Shown: positions 63,490 through 64,000 of the stretch, one piece after another | How positions within the stretch are numbered: the first letter of the stretch is position 1 | Layout: each line of letters begins with the position of its first letter | Source of the DNA: Chiloscyllium plagiosum | Lineage: Eukaryota | Reading direction: 5' to 3' | Assembly: GCF_004010195.1 (NCBI RefSeq) | Contig: NC_057720.1 | Coordinates: forward strand, 17,828,964-17,892,963 | Length of the DNA: 64,000 nt | Notes under the pieces: generated by a model | The model's input: only the letters and a program-made list of their open reading frames with translations | Told to the model about the DNA's origin: nothing | Databases searched by the model: none | Made by a program: the position numbers and the translations under genes

Positions 63490-64000
63490 AGGAACATAGG
63501 AATACACATAGACTTTCAGACCCTCAATTTGTTATACCATTTCATGAAATCATGGTTGGTCTGCAGCCTAACTTCATTCACGTACGTTGCTTGGGCTCCA
63601 TTCCCAGCAAAATTCTATCAATTTCAAATTTAAAGTTATCAATTATACAAACACAAATTAGGAGCAAGAATAGTCCCCCTCTGCCACTCAATAAAATAAT
63701 GGCTGATCTGGCAACCACATTCCAGCCTACCCTCTAACCTTTCATCTCCTTACTTAACAAAAATCTATCTCTGCCTTAAAAAAAAATTCAAAGACTGCTT
63801 CCACCACCTTTTTGAGGAAGAGTATTCCAACAAGTTGTGATCTTATTAGAAAATTCTCTTCATCTCCATCTTGTATGGTGGAGTTCTTAGATTTAAAATG
63901 TGATCCCTAAATTTAGATTCTCACACATTTTTTCTATATTTACATATCCACCCTATCAAGACCCCTTAGAATCTTGTGTTTCAGTTGTCGCCTATTGCTC
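63490..64000 (-). mobile_element. Two decayed CR1 3' tails
   Basis: gaacataggaa.. and attaggagcaagaatag..atggctgatctg. Confidence 0.6.

Overview
Eukaryotic, AT-rich, repeat-dense draft-assembly sequence with N gaps at 5840-6339, 15516-15533, 31663-32022 and 37722-38279. The repeat set (HE1-type tRNA SINEs, CR1/HER1-type LINEs, a DeuSINE-like SINE) points to a cartilaginous fish, probably a shark; this is an inference. No intact host gene is recognisable, and the window looks like a large intron or intergenic stretch. The ORFs I could assign are decayed transposon fragments or span gaps. Content: many CR1 LINE copies (one near full length with ORF1 and 5' UTR, one young copy covering most of ORF2), a second CR1/L2-group LINE and its partner SINE, L2 tails, three families of Penelope-like elements (PLEs, RT plus GIY-YIG), a pogo/Tigger transposase fossil with TA-flanked MITEs, and a probable solo retroviral LTR inside a multi-layer nest. 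Most notable: each PLE family carries its own minimal type I hammerhead-ribozyme motif, and family A occurs as short, mostly fold-back, non-coding units with 10-16 bp target-site duplications. Weaker candidates are a host exon at 62777-62934, a CTCF site, enhancer-like unique segments, a templated 180-bp insertion and a complex inverted duplication. All alignments and folds were judged by eye; boundaries are approximate unless a TSD or TIR is given.
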